From: an uncultured Veillonellaceae bacterium
GTDB lineage: Bacteria; Bacillota; Negativicutes; JARBTT01
DNA length: 64,000 nt
NCBI GenBank assembly: GCA_963805085.1
Contig: CAWDTA010000002.1
Location: forward strand, 1,952,001 to 2,016,000
Direction of reading: 5' to 3'
Shown here: positions 40,200 through 48,733 of the stretch, in pieces
Layout: each line of letters starts with the position of its first letter
Position numbering within the stretch: position 1 is the first letter of the stretch
Made by a program: the position numbers and the translations under genes
The notes under the pieces: model-generated
Database searches by the model: none
Told to the model about the DNA's origin: nothing
Seen by the model: only the letters and a program-made list of their open reading frames with translations

Positions 40200-40216
40200 A
40201 AAAATAGGTGGAAATT

Positions 40217-40310
40217 AAAAAAGTCGCCGTGTCCTGAGAGTGGTGAGACACTCTGAGGCACGAGCAGGTGAACCAGCACCTACACGTAACAGCTAGCTGT
40301 CTACGACGAC
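40217..40310 (-). ncRNA. Putative ~94 nt four-way-junction antisense sRNA
   Basis: GUCGU|CGUAGACAG-CUAG-CUGUUACG|U|GUAGGUG-CUGGUU-CACCUGC|U|CGUGCCUCAGAGUG-UCUCAC-CACUCUCAGGACACG|GCGAC|UUUUUU. G-U pairs form on this strand only. Confidence 0.7.
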
Positions 40311-40315
40311 AATTT

Positions 40316-40344
40316 ATTATACCGTGCTTTTCCCTTGAAAACAA
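40316..40344 (-). promoter_or_regulatory. SigA-like promoter of the antisense sRNA
   Basis: TTGTTT-17 nt-TATAAT on the minus strand; predicted +1 is about G40310. Confidence 0.65.
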
Positions 40345-40421
40345 GGGGGATGTGTGTTCGGCATAATACGATTGAAGTTTTAGCAGAGGCTTAGCGTCTG
40401 CATGCAATCAAGATGACGTAT

Positions 40422-40463
40422 AGCGCATGTGTAGGTTGAATAAAACCTCGCATGTGCTTTTTT
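40422..40463 (+). terminator. Attenuator-like terminator inside the leader
   Basis: AGCGCATGTG-T-AGGTT..AACCT-CGCATGTGCT ending in a T run. G-U pairs on the plus strand. Confidence 0.65.
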
Positions 40464-40555
40464 GATTTCCCCTGAAACAAACTGTATGTTGGTTTTTTCT
40501 ATCTGCATCAGCGGATAGAAGAAACCACGTGCAGAATGATGAAGGGGGATATAAA

Positions 40556-40711
40556 TTGGTAACAGTACAGGGTAGTAAAAAGCTATGGGCAAGGTATCGC
40601 ACCAGCGTGTGGCGAGGAAGCCTCCTCGCCACAACCAAGGGGAGAGGTTCGTTCTATTTACAAGGGACAAGATATGTTTTTTGGGAAAACAGAGGTTCTG
40701 TAAATGTATAG
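40556..40711 (+). CDS. Putative 51-aa leader ORF coupled to the next gene
   Basis: AGGGGG RBS shortly before TTG. The stop overlaps the next start (ATGTATAG). Confidence 0.4.
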   Translation: MVTVQGSKKLWARYRTSVWRGSLLATTKGRGSFYLQGTRYVFWENRGSVNV

Positions 40712-41027
40712 AATCTATAGAACACCAAAAGCCACGATTATTGCTCAGGAAGTAGAGAACACTGATTTTACAGTTAAATTGCTTACAGATTTAGATTGCA
40801 AAGAATATGTGATGATCAAGTGGCAAGATGCAGTTAATATATATGATTTTTCGCTAGTTGGTCAGGTCAATGAAATAGCTGACGAAATTTCATTAGAAGA
40901 GTTTAGAGAAATTACCTATGCGAAAATATATAAGGAATCATTAGAGGAGGAAATCAAAGCCCCAAAGATGGATTATCCAAAGTTCGACTGGAAATGTTTT
41001 GCAGAAAAAGGCTCAACTAGCAGCTGA
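40704..41027 (+). CDS. Acidic hypothetical protein (107 aa)
   Basis: Open ORF with GAGG RBS; no recognised family. Confidence 0.65.
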   Translation: MYRIYRTPKATIIAQEVENTDFTVKLLTDLDCKEYVMIKWQDAVNIYDFSLVGQVNEIADEISLEEFREITYAKIYKESLEEEIKAPKMDYPKFDWKCFAEKGSTSS

Positions 41028-41136
41028 GATACCTGCCAGTTGAGCCTTAAAAATATCAAAATCTCTGCTTTGCCCTCTTTACGACCAAAGAAAACGGGAC
41101 TCAGAGCAGGCCTATTATGATGTTCCATTACAAACA

Positions 41137-41185
41137 AAACTGATGAAGGCAAGAGATTAAAGTTCTCTTGCCTTCATCAATTTTG
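41137..41185. terminator. Terminator hairpin overlapping the stop of the minus-strand gene
   Basis: tgatgaaggcaagaga / tctcttgccttcatca. Confidence 0.7.
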
Positions 41186-41834
41186 TTATAATTTCTTGTT
41201 CTAAAATCCCAGAGGACGGAACCTTTTGCCAAGTTTTATTTATTTTTTCTTCAAAATTTATATCCATGTGAAATAGTTGAAACGTATTAAATTCCTCACT
41301 TGTAAAAAACAGTACGGTTTTTAAACGGATAGATGAAGGTTGATTATTTGTTACAATATAATCGAGAAGATGGGGGTTTTCGAGATTAAGTTCTCCAGAA
41401 GTATAAAGAATTCCCCAATCTGTATCCAGTGATTTTAGGGGGAGAATCTTTTTCAATTCAAGATCAGATTGGATAGAATCGTAAACTTTTTGTATCGTAA
41501 GGGAATTTGCTGGCAGTAAAAAAATAGATTGCTCAGTTGAACGTTGAAGTTGCTTTGGTGTGATGAGACAATTATAGATTTCAGTATCTTTTTTTACGAG
41601 TTCACTTGCGCTATAAGGGGCATCTTGATATAAAAGTTCTTTCGTTGTATCAAGAAGTTGATCACCAGGACGAATCCCAGCGTAGAATGCTGGTCCGAAG
41701 AGATTAACGGATATAACAGTTAAAGTATCATTTACGGCGATACCTTTGCTAAAAGGCAGGGTCGCTCTAGCAAAGCAGATAGATGAAAGAGAAAGTAAAA
41801 TAAATAAAATAATACAAATTTTTTTCAGATACAT
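41157..41834 (-). CDS. Exported hypothetical protein with a PDZ-like segment
   Basis: Signal peptide; V..V..FGPAFYAGIRPGDQLL resembles a PDZ motif. Confidence 0.6.
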   Translation of the reverse strand: MYLKKICIILFILLSLSSICFARATLPFSKGIAVNDTLTVISVNLFGPAFYAGIRPGDQLLDTTKELLYQDAPYSASELVKKDTEIYNCLITPKQLQRSTEQSIFLLPANSLTIQKVYDSIQSDLELKKILPLKSLDTDWGILYTSGELNLENPHLLDYIVTNNQPSSIRLKTVLFFTSEEFNTFQLFHMDINFEEKINKTWQKVPSSGILEQEIITKLMKAREL

Positions 41835-42004
41835 GCACCTTCTTTACAATATACTAACTTGGTCATTTAACGTCACTATAGTTCTAATTCTAATAGTAAC
41901 ATAGTGTTTGTCAAGGAATATTATGGAGATTATTTTCTCAATCTATTAATAAAAGTGTAGGATATTACGATATTATTTAATAAATAATAAAGGCAGGTAC
42001 TTTG

Positions 42005-42178
42005 ATGATTGAAAAAGTAGAAAAGACTGCAAAAATGACAAGTATAGAAACTTGGCATCGATTTAATCGTAGGACTCAATTGAAATGTAATTTAAAAAGT
42101 CCGTTTCGGCGAATCCTAGATAAAAAGATAAGACAATTGAGAAAATGTAAAGAATCTGTTCAAATAGACAAGCTTTAA
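42005..42178 (+). CDS. Possible small basic protein (57 aa)
   Basis: Open frame MIEKVEK..QIDKL*; weak RBS; no motif. Confidence 0.25.
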   Translation: MIEKVEKTAKMTSIETWHRFNRRTQLKCNLKSPFRRILDKKIRQLRKCKESVQIDKL

Positions 42179-42323
42179 ATCGAAACGAAAGGGTGAGTGT
42201 AGTTAGTAATCTTCTTGTTTTAATTTAAGTTTGTCGATATATGAGTAGGGAAAGTTAAATCATGGTATAATGTAAAAGTAATTTTGAAATTGATTGTTTT
42301 ATATAAAAATGGAGGTGCTTTGG

Positions 42324-42875
42324 ATGAAAAGTTGGTTGATTGCAGGGCTTATAGCTGTGATTGTTATGGCGATGGCAGTGAGTGGATATAACGGTTTGGT
42401 TGGTATGAATGAGGAGGTTAATGGAAAATGGGCGCAGGTAGAAAATCAGTTGCAACGTAGAGCTGATTTGATTCCTAACTTAGTCAATACGGTAAAAGGC
42501 TATGCCTCACATGAACAAGAAGCAATTAAATCGGTATCGGATGCTAGAGCTAGATTGGCTGGTGCACAAGGCCCGGGAGCGAAGGCTGAGGCCGACAATG
42601 AATTGAGTGGCGCTTTAAGTCGTTTGTTAGTGATAGCAGAAAATTATCCGAATCTAAAAGCGGATCAAAATTTCCGCGCATTGCAAGATGAACTTGCGGG
42701 AACAGAAAATCGTATGACAGTAGCAAGACAAGATTATAATAATGGAGTGCAAAATTTTAATACGAAAGTAAAGACTTTTCCAACTAGTATTTATGCGGGA
42801 ATGCTAGGTTTTGCGCAGCGTGAATACTTTAAAGCGGAAGAAACGAGTAAAAAAGTTCCCGAAGTGAAGTTTTAG
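42324..42875 (+). CDS. lemA: LemA family protein
   Basis: YNGLV..W.QVENQLQRRADLIPNLV.TVKGYA.HE, ENYPNLKA. Confidence 0.93.
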   Translation: MKSWLIAGLIAVIVMAMAVSGYNGLVGMNEEVNGKWAQVENQLQRRADLIPNLVNTVKGYASHEQEAIKSVSDARARLAGAQGPGAKAEADNELSGALSRLLVIAENYPNLKADQNFRALQDELAGTENRMTVARQDYNNGVQNFNTKVKTFPTSIYAGMLGFAQREYFKAEETSKKVPEVKF

Positions 42876-42922
42876 AGAAGATAGATGCTAGCTGGCTCAG
42901 GCAAAAAGGCAGGTGAAATAAC

Positions 42923-43681
42923 TTGTTTAAAAAATATGTAGTTAGTGTACTGACCCTGTGTTTTGTGATGGTAGGTTCGGTATGTTTTGCAAAAACGGAA
43001 ATTCCACAGACGCCAACGAGTAGTATTTATGTCCAAGATTATGCGAATGTTCTTTCTAATGAAGCGAAGCATAAGATCAATAGTATTGGTACTTCCTTGC
43101 AAAAACAAACCAAGGCACAGGTTGTTGTTGTTACGATAAAAACGTTGCAGGAAACGCCTGTGGAAGAATATAGCTTAGGCGTCCTTCGCCAATGGGGTAT
43201 TGGTGATAAAAGCTTAAACAATGGTGTCGTGATGCTGGTTGTTGTGGATGATAAAAAATCACGTATTGAGGTTGGCTATGGCTTAGAAGGAGCCCTGCCT
43301 GATGCCAAAACAGGGCAAATTCAAGATGAGTATATGCTGCCTTATTTTAAAAAGGGTGAATATGAAAATGGTATCGTCAATGGTTATTTTGCTTTGACCA
43401 AGGTGGTAGCGGATGAATATGCGGTACAGTTGGATGATAGTCAAGTAAAACCAGTCAAAGCGACAAGCCAAGGAAGAACTAGTGTTTTAGATACTTTTTT
43501 CATGATTGGCATTGCAATTGTTATCATTGTCTTAGTAATCTTAGATTTCATCTTCTTTGGTGGTAGGTTTACTGCGTTGATTCTAGCCATTATCAGTTCC
43601 CGTGGCGGTGGCAGAGGTGGCAGCGGCGGTGGTTATGGCGGCGGTTCCGGTGGTGGCGGCGGTTCTAATCGTGGCTGGTAA
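42923..43681 (+). CDS. TPM domain membrane protein (YgcG-like)
   Basis: YVQDYANVL, WGIG, RIEVGYGLEG.LPD and a Gly-rich tail. Confidence 0.9.
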   Translation: MFKKYVVSVLTLCFVMVGSVCFAKTEIPQTPTSSIYVQDYANVLSNEAKHKINSIGTSLQKQTKAQVVVVTIKTLQETPVEEYSLGVLRQWGIGDKSLNNGVVMLVVVDDKKSRIEVGYGLEGALPDAKTGQIQDEYMLPYFKKGEYENGIVNGYFALTKVVADEYAVQLDDSQVKPVKATSQGRTSVLDTFFMIGIAIVIIVLVILDFIFFGGRFTALILAIISSRGGGRGGSGGGYGGGSGGGGGSNRGW

Positions 43682-43795
43682 TAAAAATTTTTTTTAGATA
43701 TATGAATTTAGATAATTTAGGTTATAATAGGGGTAGGAATACACATTCCTAATATTACTTATTTTCATTGAGCTGAATTTTAGGAGGTTAGTATA

Positions 43796-43960
43796 ATGGC
43801 AAAATGGGCTTGTGTAGTTTGTGGTTATATTTATGATGAAGCCGAAGGGGATCCAGATAACGGTATTGATCCAGGGGTACCTTTTGACGAATTAGACGAC
43901 GATTTTGTTTGTCCTTTATGTGGCGTAGGTAAAGACGAATTCGAAAAAGTAGACGAATAA
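43796..43960 (+). CDS. Rubredoxin (absent from the ORF track)
   Basis: [28 protein letters not shown]; AGGAGG RBS. Confidence 0.95.
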   Translation: MAKWACVVCGYIYDEAEGDPDNGIDPGVPFDELDDDFVCPLCGVGKDEFEKVDE

Positions 43961-44022
43961 GACATAGTGAAAAACTACCAAATTTTTATTTGGTAGTTTT
44001 TTTGTGGAAAAATCAAAGAAGG

Positions 44023-44562
44023 TTAATGGGTTACTTTATGAAGTCGTGGTAACCAACCGCGTTTCAACATCAGTTGCAATAACTTATAGTCCCAATCCAA
44101 GCCTCGATCTAGTAGCTCTTTATACATCATCGCTACCTCGACTTGATAAGATTGATGTAAAGCAGTCAGCATTGCCATCTGTGATGCTTTTGCCATTGTA
44201 CCGACAGTGATCGCGATTTCGCCATCTGTCAAATGGGCATCGGGATCAATATCGATTGGACTTTTATGAAGGGTGCGACGACGGAATGTAAGGTTTGGAA
44301 TTTCGGAACCAGTTTCTTGCAGCATTTCTTCTGATTGATCGATTACAGCTCGTGTCTGGGTATTGAGAGCCTCTTTGAGTAGCATTTTTAGCTCTTCATC
44401 TTGGGCATGGTTATAGAGCAGCTCAAGCATGGCCACATTGTAGCGACCCTGCGCAACAACACCATAAAGGGTAGCTGCTTCGAGATAGTTTAAAGATTCT
44501 TTGTCAAAAAAATTGTTGAATAACACGCGCGTTTCAGCATTGATTTTATCAAGAATGGACAT
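44023..44562 (-). CDS. DUF3231 / ferritin-like protein
   Basis: LNYLEA..LY, A.D.ELK, LTD.EIA, M.KRGWL patterns; AGGAGG RBS. Confidence 0.65.
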   Translation of the reverse strand: MSILDKINAETRVLFNNFFDKESLNYLEAATLYGVVAQGRYNVAMLELLYNHAQDEELKMLLKEALNTQTRAVIDQSEEMLQETGSEIPNLTFRRRTLHKSPIDIDPDAHLTDGEIAITVGTMAKASQMAMLTALHQSYQVEVAMMYKELLDRGLDWDYKLLQLMLKRGWLPRLHKVTH

Positions 44563-44819
44563 AGTAAAACCTCCTTAAAGGTTAAAGATTATTTTCATTT
44601 TATAGGATAGCCAATTTTTAAAGATAAATGCGATAAATTTAATTAATGTTAGAATAATAATTTAATTGATTTTTAAAAACTAGTTTGCTATACTTTACAT
44701 AAGGAAACTTCATCCCATCAATGAATGGCTTGTAGTTATAAAGATGATGCGCCTCTTTAGCGTAACTAGGTAAAGAGGATGATTGGCACGTCTTAAATAA
44801 GAGGGGGTTTATATTTATT

Positions 44820-45755
44820 ATGAAAGTTACAGTTGTTGGAGCTGGTAACGTTGGTGCTACTGTTGCTAATGTTATCGCATTAAAAGGTTTTGCTAGTGAA
44901 TTGGTATTGCTTGATATCAAAGAAGGCGTTGCAGAAGGTAAAGCAATGGACATGATGCAGACTTCTCATATGATGGGTTTTGATACTACAATCATTGGCT
45001 GTACAAATGACTATAGCAAAACTGCGAATTCTGCAGTAGTTGTTATCACTTCAGGTATCCCTCGTAAACCTGGTATGACTCGTGAACAATTAATTGGCAC
45101 AAATGCAAAAATCGTTAAAAGCGTTGTAGATCAAATTTTAGAATTCTCACCAAATGCTGTATTTGTTGTTATTTCTAATCCAATGGATACAATGACTTAC
45201 TTAACTCTTAAAGATAGTGGAATCCCTAAAAACCGTATTATCGGTATGGGTGGTATGCTTGATAGCAGCCGTTTCAGATATTATTTAAGCCAAGCTTTAG
45301 GATGCACTCCTACTGATGTTGATGGCATGGTAATCGGTGGGCATGGTGATACTACTATGATTCCTCTAGTTCGTTTTGCAACTTATAGAGGTATTCCTGT
45401 TACTGAATTATTAGATAAAGAAACTTTAGATAAAGTAGTTGCTGACACTATGGTTGGTGGCGCTACATTAACTGGTCTTCTTGGTACTTCCGCTTGGTAT
45501 GCTCCAGGTGCAGCAGGTGCTACAGTAGCTGAAGCAATTGCAACTGATGCTAAAAAATTGATTCCTTGCTGTGTATCACTTGAAGGCGAATATGGCGAAA
45601 ACGACATCTGTATCGGTGTTCCAGTAGTTCTTGGAGCAAACGGTATCGAAAAAATCGTTGAAGTTAAATTCAATGCTGAAGAAAAAGCTTTATTTGATAA
45701 GAGTGTTGCCGCAGTTCGTAAAACTAACGCTTTATTAAATGAATCTTTAGCATAA
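44820..45755 (+). CDS. mdh: Malate dehydrogenase (LDH-like)
   Basis: GAGNVG, PRKPGMTR (Arg specificity residue), LDSSRF, GGHGD, SAWYAPG. Confidence 0.92.
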   Translation: MKVTVVGAGNVGATVANVIALKGFASELVLLDIKEGVAEGKAMDMMQTSHMMGFDTTIIGCTNDYSKTANSAVVVITSGIPRKPGMTREQLIGTNAKIVKSVVDQILEFSPNAVFVVISNPMDTMTYLTLKDSGIPKNRIIGMGGMLDSSRFRYYLSQALGCTPTDVDGMVIGGHGDTTMIPLVRFATYRGIPVTELLDKETLDKVVADTMVGGATLTGLLGTSAWYAPGAAGATVAEAIATDAKKLIPCCVSLEGEYGENDICIGVPVVLGANGIEKIVEVKFNAEEKALFDKSVAAVRKTNALLNESLA

Positions 45756-45790
45756 AATAATTTTTACATAATACAATTATGTAAATCGAA

Positions 45791-45815
45791 GAAGCAGCCT
45801 GCGGGCTGCTTTTTT
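45791..45815 (+). terminator. Intrinsic terminator
   Basis: aagcagcc-tgcg-ggctgctt followed by a T run. Confidence 0.85.
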
Positions 45816-45976
45816 ATTGGCTAAAACTAACAATGTTCCAGGAAGAATTCCTTTATACTTAAAATAGTTTAAATATAAAGGAATTCTTCTTTCTATGTAT
45901 AATAAATAAATAATATTAGTTTTTTGACGAATTTTGTTTTAATTTAAATAAGTAGAGAAACTTAGGAGGCAATTAG

Positions 45977-46777
45977 ATGACAATTAAATTATTTGTTACA
46001 GATTTAGATGGGACACTCTTAAACAAGAAGCATGAGGTTTCTGAAGAAAATAAAATGGCGATTCGTGAAATTGTAGCACAAGGTGTTACGGTAACGATTG
46101 CGACTGGTAGAATGTATTCTTCGGCACTTCCTTATGCGAAACAACTAGAAGTTGATGTTCCTATCATCACTTATAATGGTGCGCTGATCAAATCTGTTTC
46201 GGGTGAAGTGATATTTGAGAGCTATCTTGATCCTAAGATTGTAACGGAAGTCTATGAATTTTGCGTGGAACATAATTGGTATATCCAAGCATATGCTGAT
46301 GATGTATTATATTTTAAAGATCATGATGCAAAAGCAAAAAGCTATGAAATATTAGCGGGGTTAAAGGGCGTAGCTTTAGGCGATAAGTTATACGAAATGA
46401 CTGAAAAAATCCCTAAAATGCTCATTATTACCGCTAATGAAGCAGAAACTGATGCGATTGTGCCAGTTTTACAAGCGCATTTTAAAGATAGAATTTTTGC
46501 CACAAAATCGAATCCAGATTATATTGAAATTGTAAATCCAAGTGTCAATAAATCAGCGGCATTAGATTTATTAATTAAAAAGCTTCATTTAACCAAAGAT
46601 CAAGTGCTAGCAATCGGTGATTCCAATAATGATTTGCCAATGCTCAAAACAGCTGGTTTTAGTGTAGCAATGGGCAATGCTAGAGAACATATCAAAGCAG
46701 TGGTATCAGCAGTGACGACAGATTGTGAACATAGCGGTGTTGCAGCAGCAATTCATAAATATATTTTAAAAAAATAA
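45977..46777 (+). CDS. Cof-type HAD-IIB hydrolase
   Basis: DLDGTL, ATGR, GDSNND. Confidence 0.92.
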   Translation: MTIKLFVTDLDGTLLNKKHEVSEENKMAIREIVAQGVTVTIATGRMYSSALPYAKQLEVDVPIITYNGALIKSVSGEVIFESYLDPKIVTEVYEFCVEHNWYIQAYADDVLYFKDHDAKAKSYEILAGLKGVALGDKLYEMTEKIPKMLIITANEAETDAIVPVLQAHFKDRIFATKSNPDYIEIVNPSVNKSAALDLLIKKLHLTKDQVLAIGDSNNDLPMLKTAGFSVAMGNAREHIKAVVSAVTTDCEHSGVAAAIHKYILKK

Positions 46778-46799
46778 CGCTGAAAAGGATGGTTTATAT

Positions 46800-47597
46800 A
46801 TGGCAATTAAATTATTAGTTGCAGATTTAGATGGAACGGTACTAAACAATAAAATAATGGAAGATAACAGCGTTGCAGCAATCAAACGGGCAAAGAAAAA
46901 AGGGGTATTGGTAACGTTTGCAACGGGTAGAATGCATGCTTCAGCGGTAAAATTCGCGCGTGAGGCGGAAATTGAATTACCGATTATTACTTGTAATGGC
47001 GCCATGGTGAAAACGATGGCTGGCGATGTGCTATTTGAAAAATGTATTGAACCAGCACTGGTAAGGGAAGTCATGGACCTTTGTTTCGCGCATGATTGGC
47101 ATCTACAATGGTATATCGATGATAAATTATTTGTTAAAGAGATGAAAAAAGATACTTGGCTTGGCTATGAAAGTGTTGATGGTATCGAAATTTGCGAAGC
47201 CAAAGATGAGCTGGATAAATATTCTCATGGTGTCATTCAAATGGTGATTCTTGATCGCAGTGCAGAAATTGATGTGATCGAAGAAACAATGCAAAAGCGT
47301 TTTGACGGTCGATTGTTTGCACCTAGAACTGCCTCTTATTGTATTGATATCGTTTCTATGGGAATCCATAAAGCGATTGGCATAAAAAAAGTTGCTGATA
47401 AATATGATATAGCTTCAGAGGAAATCATGGCAATTGGTGACTCTGATAATGATATCGATATGCTAAAATATGCGGGTTTTGGGGTAGCAATGGGGAATGC
47501 TTTCGAAAGCTTGAAACAAGTTGCTGATGAGATTACATTACCGTGTGATGAAGATGGTTTTGCTGTAGCGGTAGAAAAATATATTCTAGATAAGTAG
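46800..47597 (+). CDS. Cof-type HAD-IIB hydrolase
   Basis: DLDGTV, ATGR, GDSDND. Confidence 0.92.
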   Translation: MAIKLLVADLDGTVLNNKIMEDNSVAAIKRAKKKGVLVTFATGRMHASAVKFAREAEIELPIITCNGAMVKTMAGDVLFEKCIEPALVREVMDLCFAHDWHLQWYIDDKLFVKEMKKDTWLGYESVDGIEICEAKDELDKYSHGVIQMVILDRSAEIDVIEETMQKRFDGRLFAPRTASYCIDIVSMGIHKAIGIKKVADKYDIASEEIMAIGDSDNDIDMLKYAGFGVAMGNAFESLKQVADEITLPCDEDGFAVAVEKYILDK

Positions 47598-47611
47598 GGG
47601 CAGGGGTATTT

Positions 47612-48421
47612 ATGGCAATAAAATTAATAGTGACAGATTTAGACGGCACTTTGTTAACGGACGAAAAACTTATTTCCGATAGAAATAAAGCAGCGATCGC
47701 CGCAGCAGAGGCGGCAGGCGTTATGGTAACAGTTGCAACTGGACGTATGTGTGTTGCCGCGGCGCATTATGCACGGCGTATCGGCGTAACCTTACCGATT
47801 GTTTCTTGTAATGGTGGATTAGTCAGGGCCTATACAGGCAAAGCAGTATTTACCCATTGTTTTACGAGAGAACTTGCGCGTGAGGTCATTGCCTTATGCT
47901 ATGACCGTGATTGGAATGTGCAATGGTATATTGATGATAAAGTGTACGTTAAGAAATTTAACGCAAAATTGTTTCGGGGCTACAATTTGATTGATGATTT
48001 TGCGGTAACTGAAATTGGTAACGATTTTGAAAGCTATCTCGATGATGTGATTCAAATTGTCATTCGTGATTTGGATGGTAACATCGGCAATATTCAAAAG
48101 TGTATCTATGAAAAGTTTCAAGGGCACTTAACTGTACAACAAAATACCGAAGTAAGTGTGGATATCGATGCACTCGGGATCAATAAGTCGGTAGGCATAG
48201 AGGTGCTGATCAATGAATTGGGAATTACGAAAGATGAAGTGATGGCCTTTGGCGACGCCGATAATGATATTGAGATGCTGAAATATGTTGGTGTGGGCGT
48301 AGCAATGGGCAATGCCATTGCTGCTGTAAAGGAAGTTGCTGATATCATTACTGAAGATAATGAGCATGATGGGGTTGCGGTAGCAATTGAAAAATATATT
48401 TTAAATAAATATAGCTTGTAA
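47612..48421 (+). CDS. Cof-type HAD-IIB hydrolase
   Basis: DLDGTL, ATGR, GDADND. Confidence 0.92.
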   Translation: MAIKLIVTDLDGTLLTDEKLISDRNKAAIAAAEAAGVMVTVATGRMCVAAAHYARRIGVTLPIVSCNGGLVRAYTGKAVFTHCFTRELAREVIALCYDRDWNVQWYIDDKVYVKKFNAKLFRGYNLIDDFAVTEIGNDFESYLDDVIQIVIRDLDGNIGNIQKCIYEKFQGHLTVQQNTEVSVDIDALGINKSVGIEVLINELGITKDEVMAFGDADNDIEMLKYVGVGVAMGNAIAAVKEVADIITEDNEHDGVAVAIEKYILNKYSL

Positions 48422-48549
48422 ACAAACTATGGACAGATAGGGCGCGGGTCGGTGATAAGTACTCATCTGCGGCGTTGCAGTAAGGTACTGCGCCTTGCAT
48501 CTGAGCACTTCTCGCAAACCGGCGACCTATCTTCGTACTAGTTTACAAG
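48415..48549. repeat. GC-rich palindromic intergenic element (REP/MITE-like)
   Basis: Ends cttgtaaac / gtttacaag; core shared with 59260-59400. Confidence 0.7.
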
Positions 48550-48733
48550 TGGAATGGATTTTGTTATTTTCTGTTCACCAACATAAATATTTTTATTTTG
48601 TCATAACTTGGGGCGTATAAATTTTATATACGCTCATTTTTCTAAGATACATCTTTTTCATTTTGCTTTTTTTTAGCTTTTGCCATATAATTGATATGAA
48701 TTTACTCAATTTGATAAATAGCTATATCTGGAG

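Noticed and set aside
40217-40310. tRNA
   Set aside because: Cloverleaf-like, but no properly placed TTC T-loop, no 7-nt anticodon loop, no CCA, and the closing stem is only 5 bp.
40162-40670. Three overlapping minus-strand ORFs (76-96 aa)
   Set aside because: No good RBS; likely open by chance in a GC-richer structured region.
40200-40700. Group II intron, RNase P RNA, tmRNA, T-box or a known riboswitch
   Set aside because: No GUGCG start or domain V, no GAGGAAAGUC, no T-box motif and no aptamer consensus that I recognise. An Rfam scan is still needed.
2374-41200. Prophage or ICE
   Set aside because: No integrase, terminase, tail or conjugation genes. The HK97-fold protein is an encapsulin, as shown by its desulfurase cargo.
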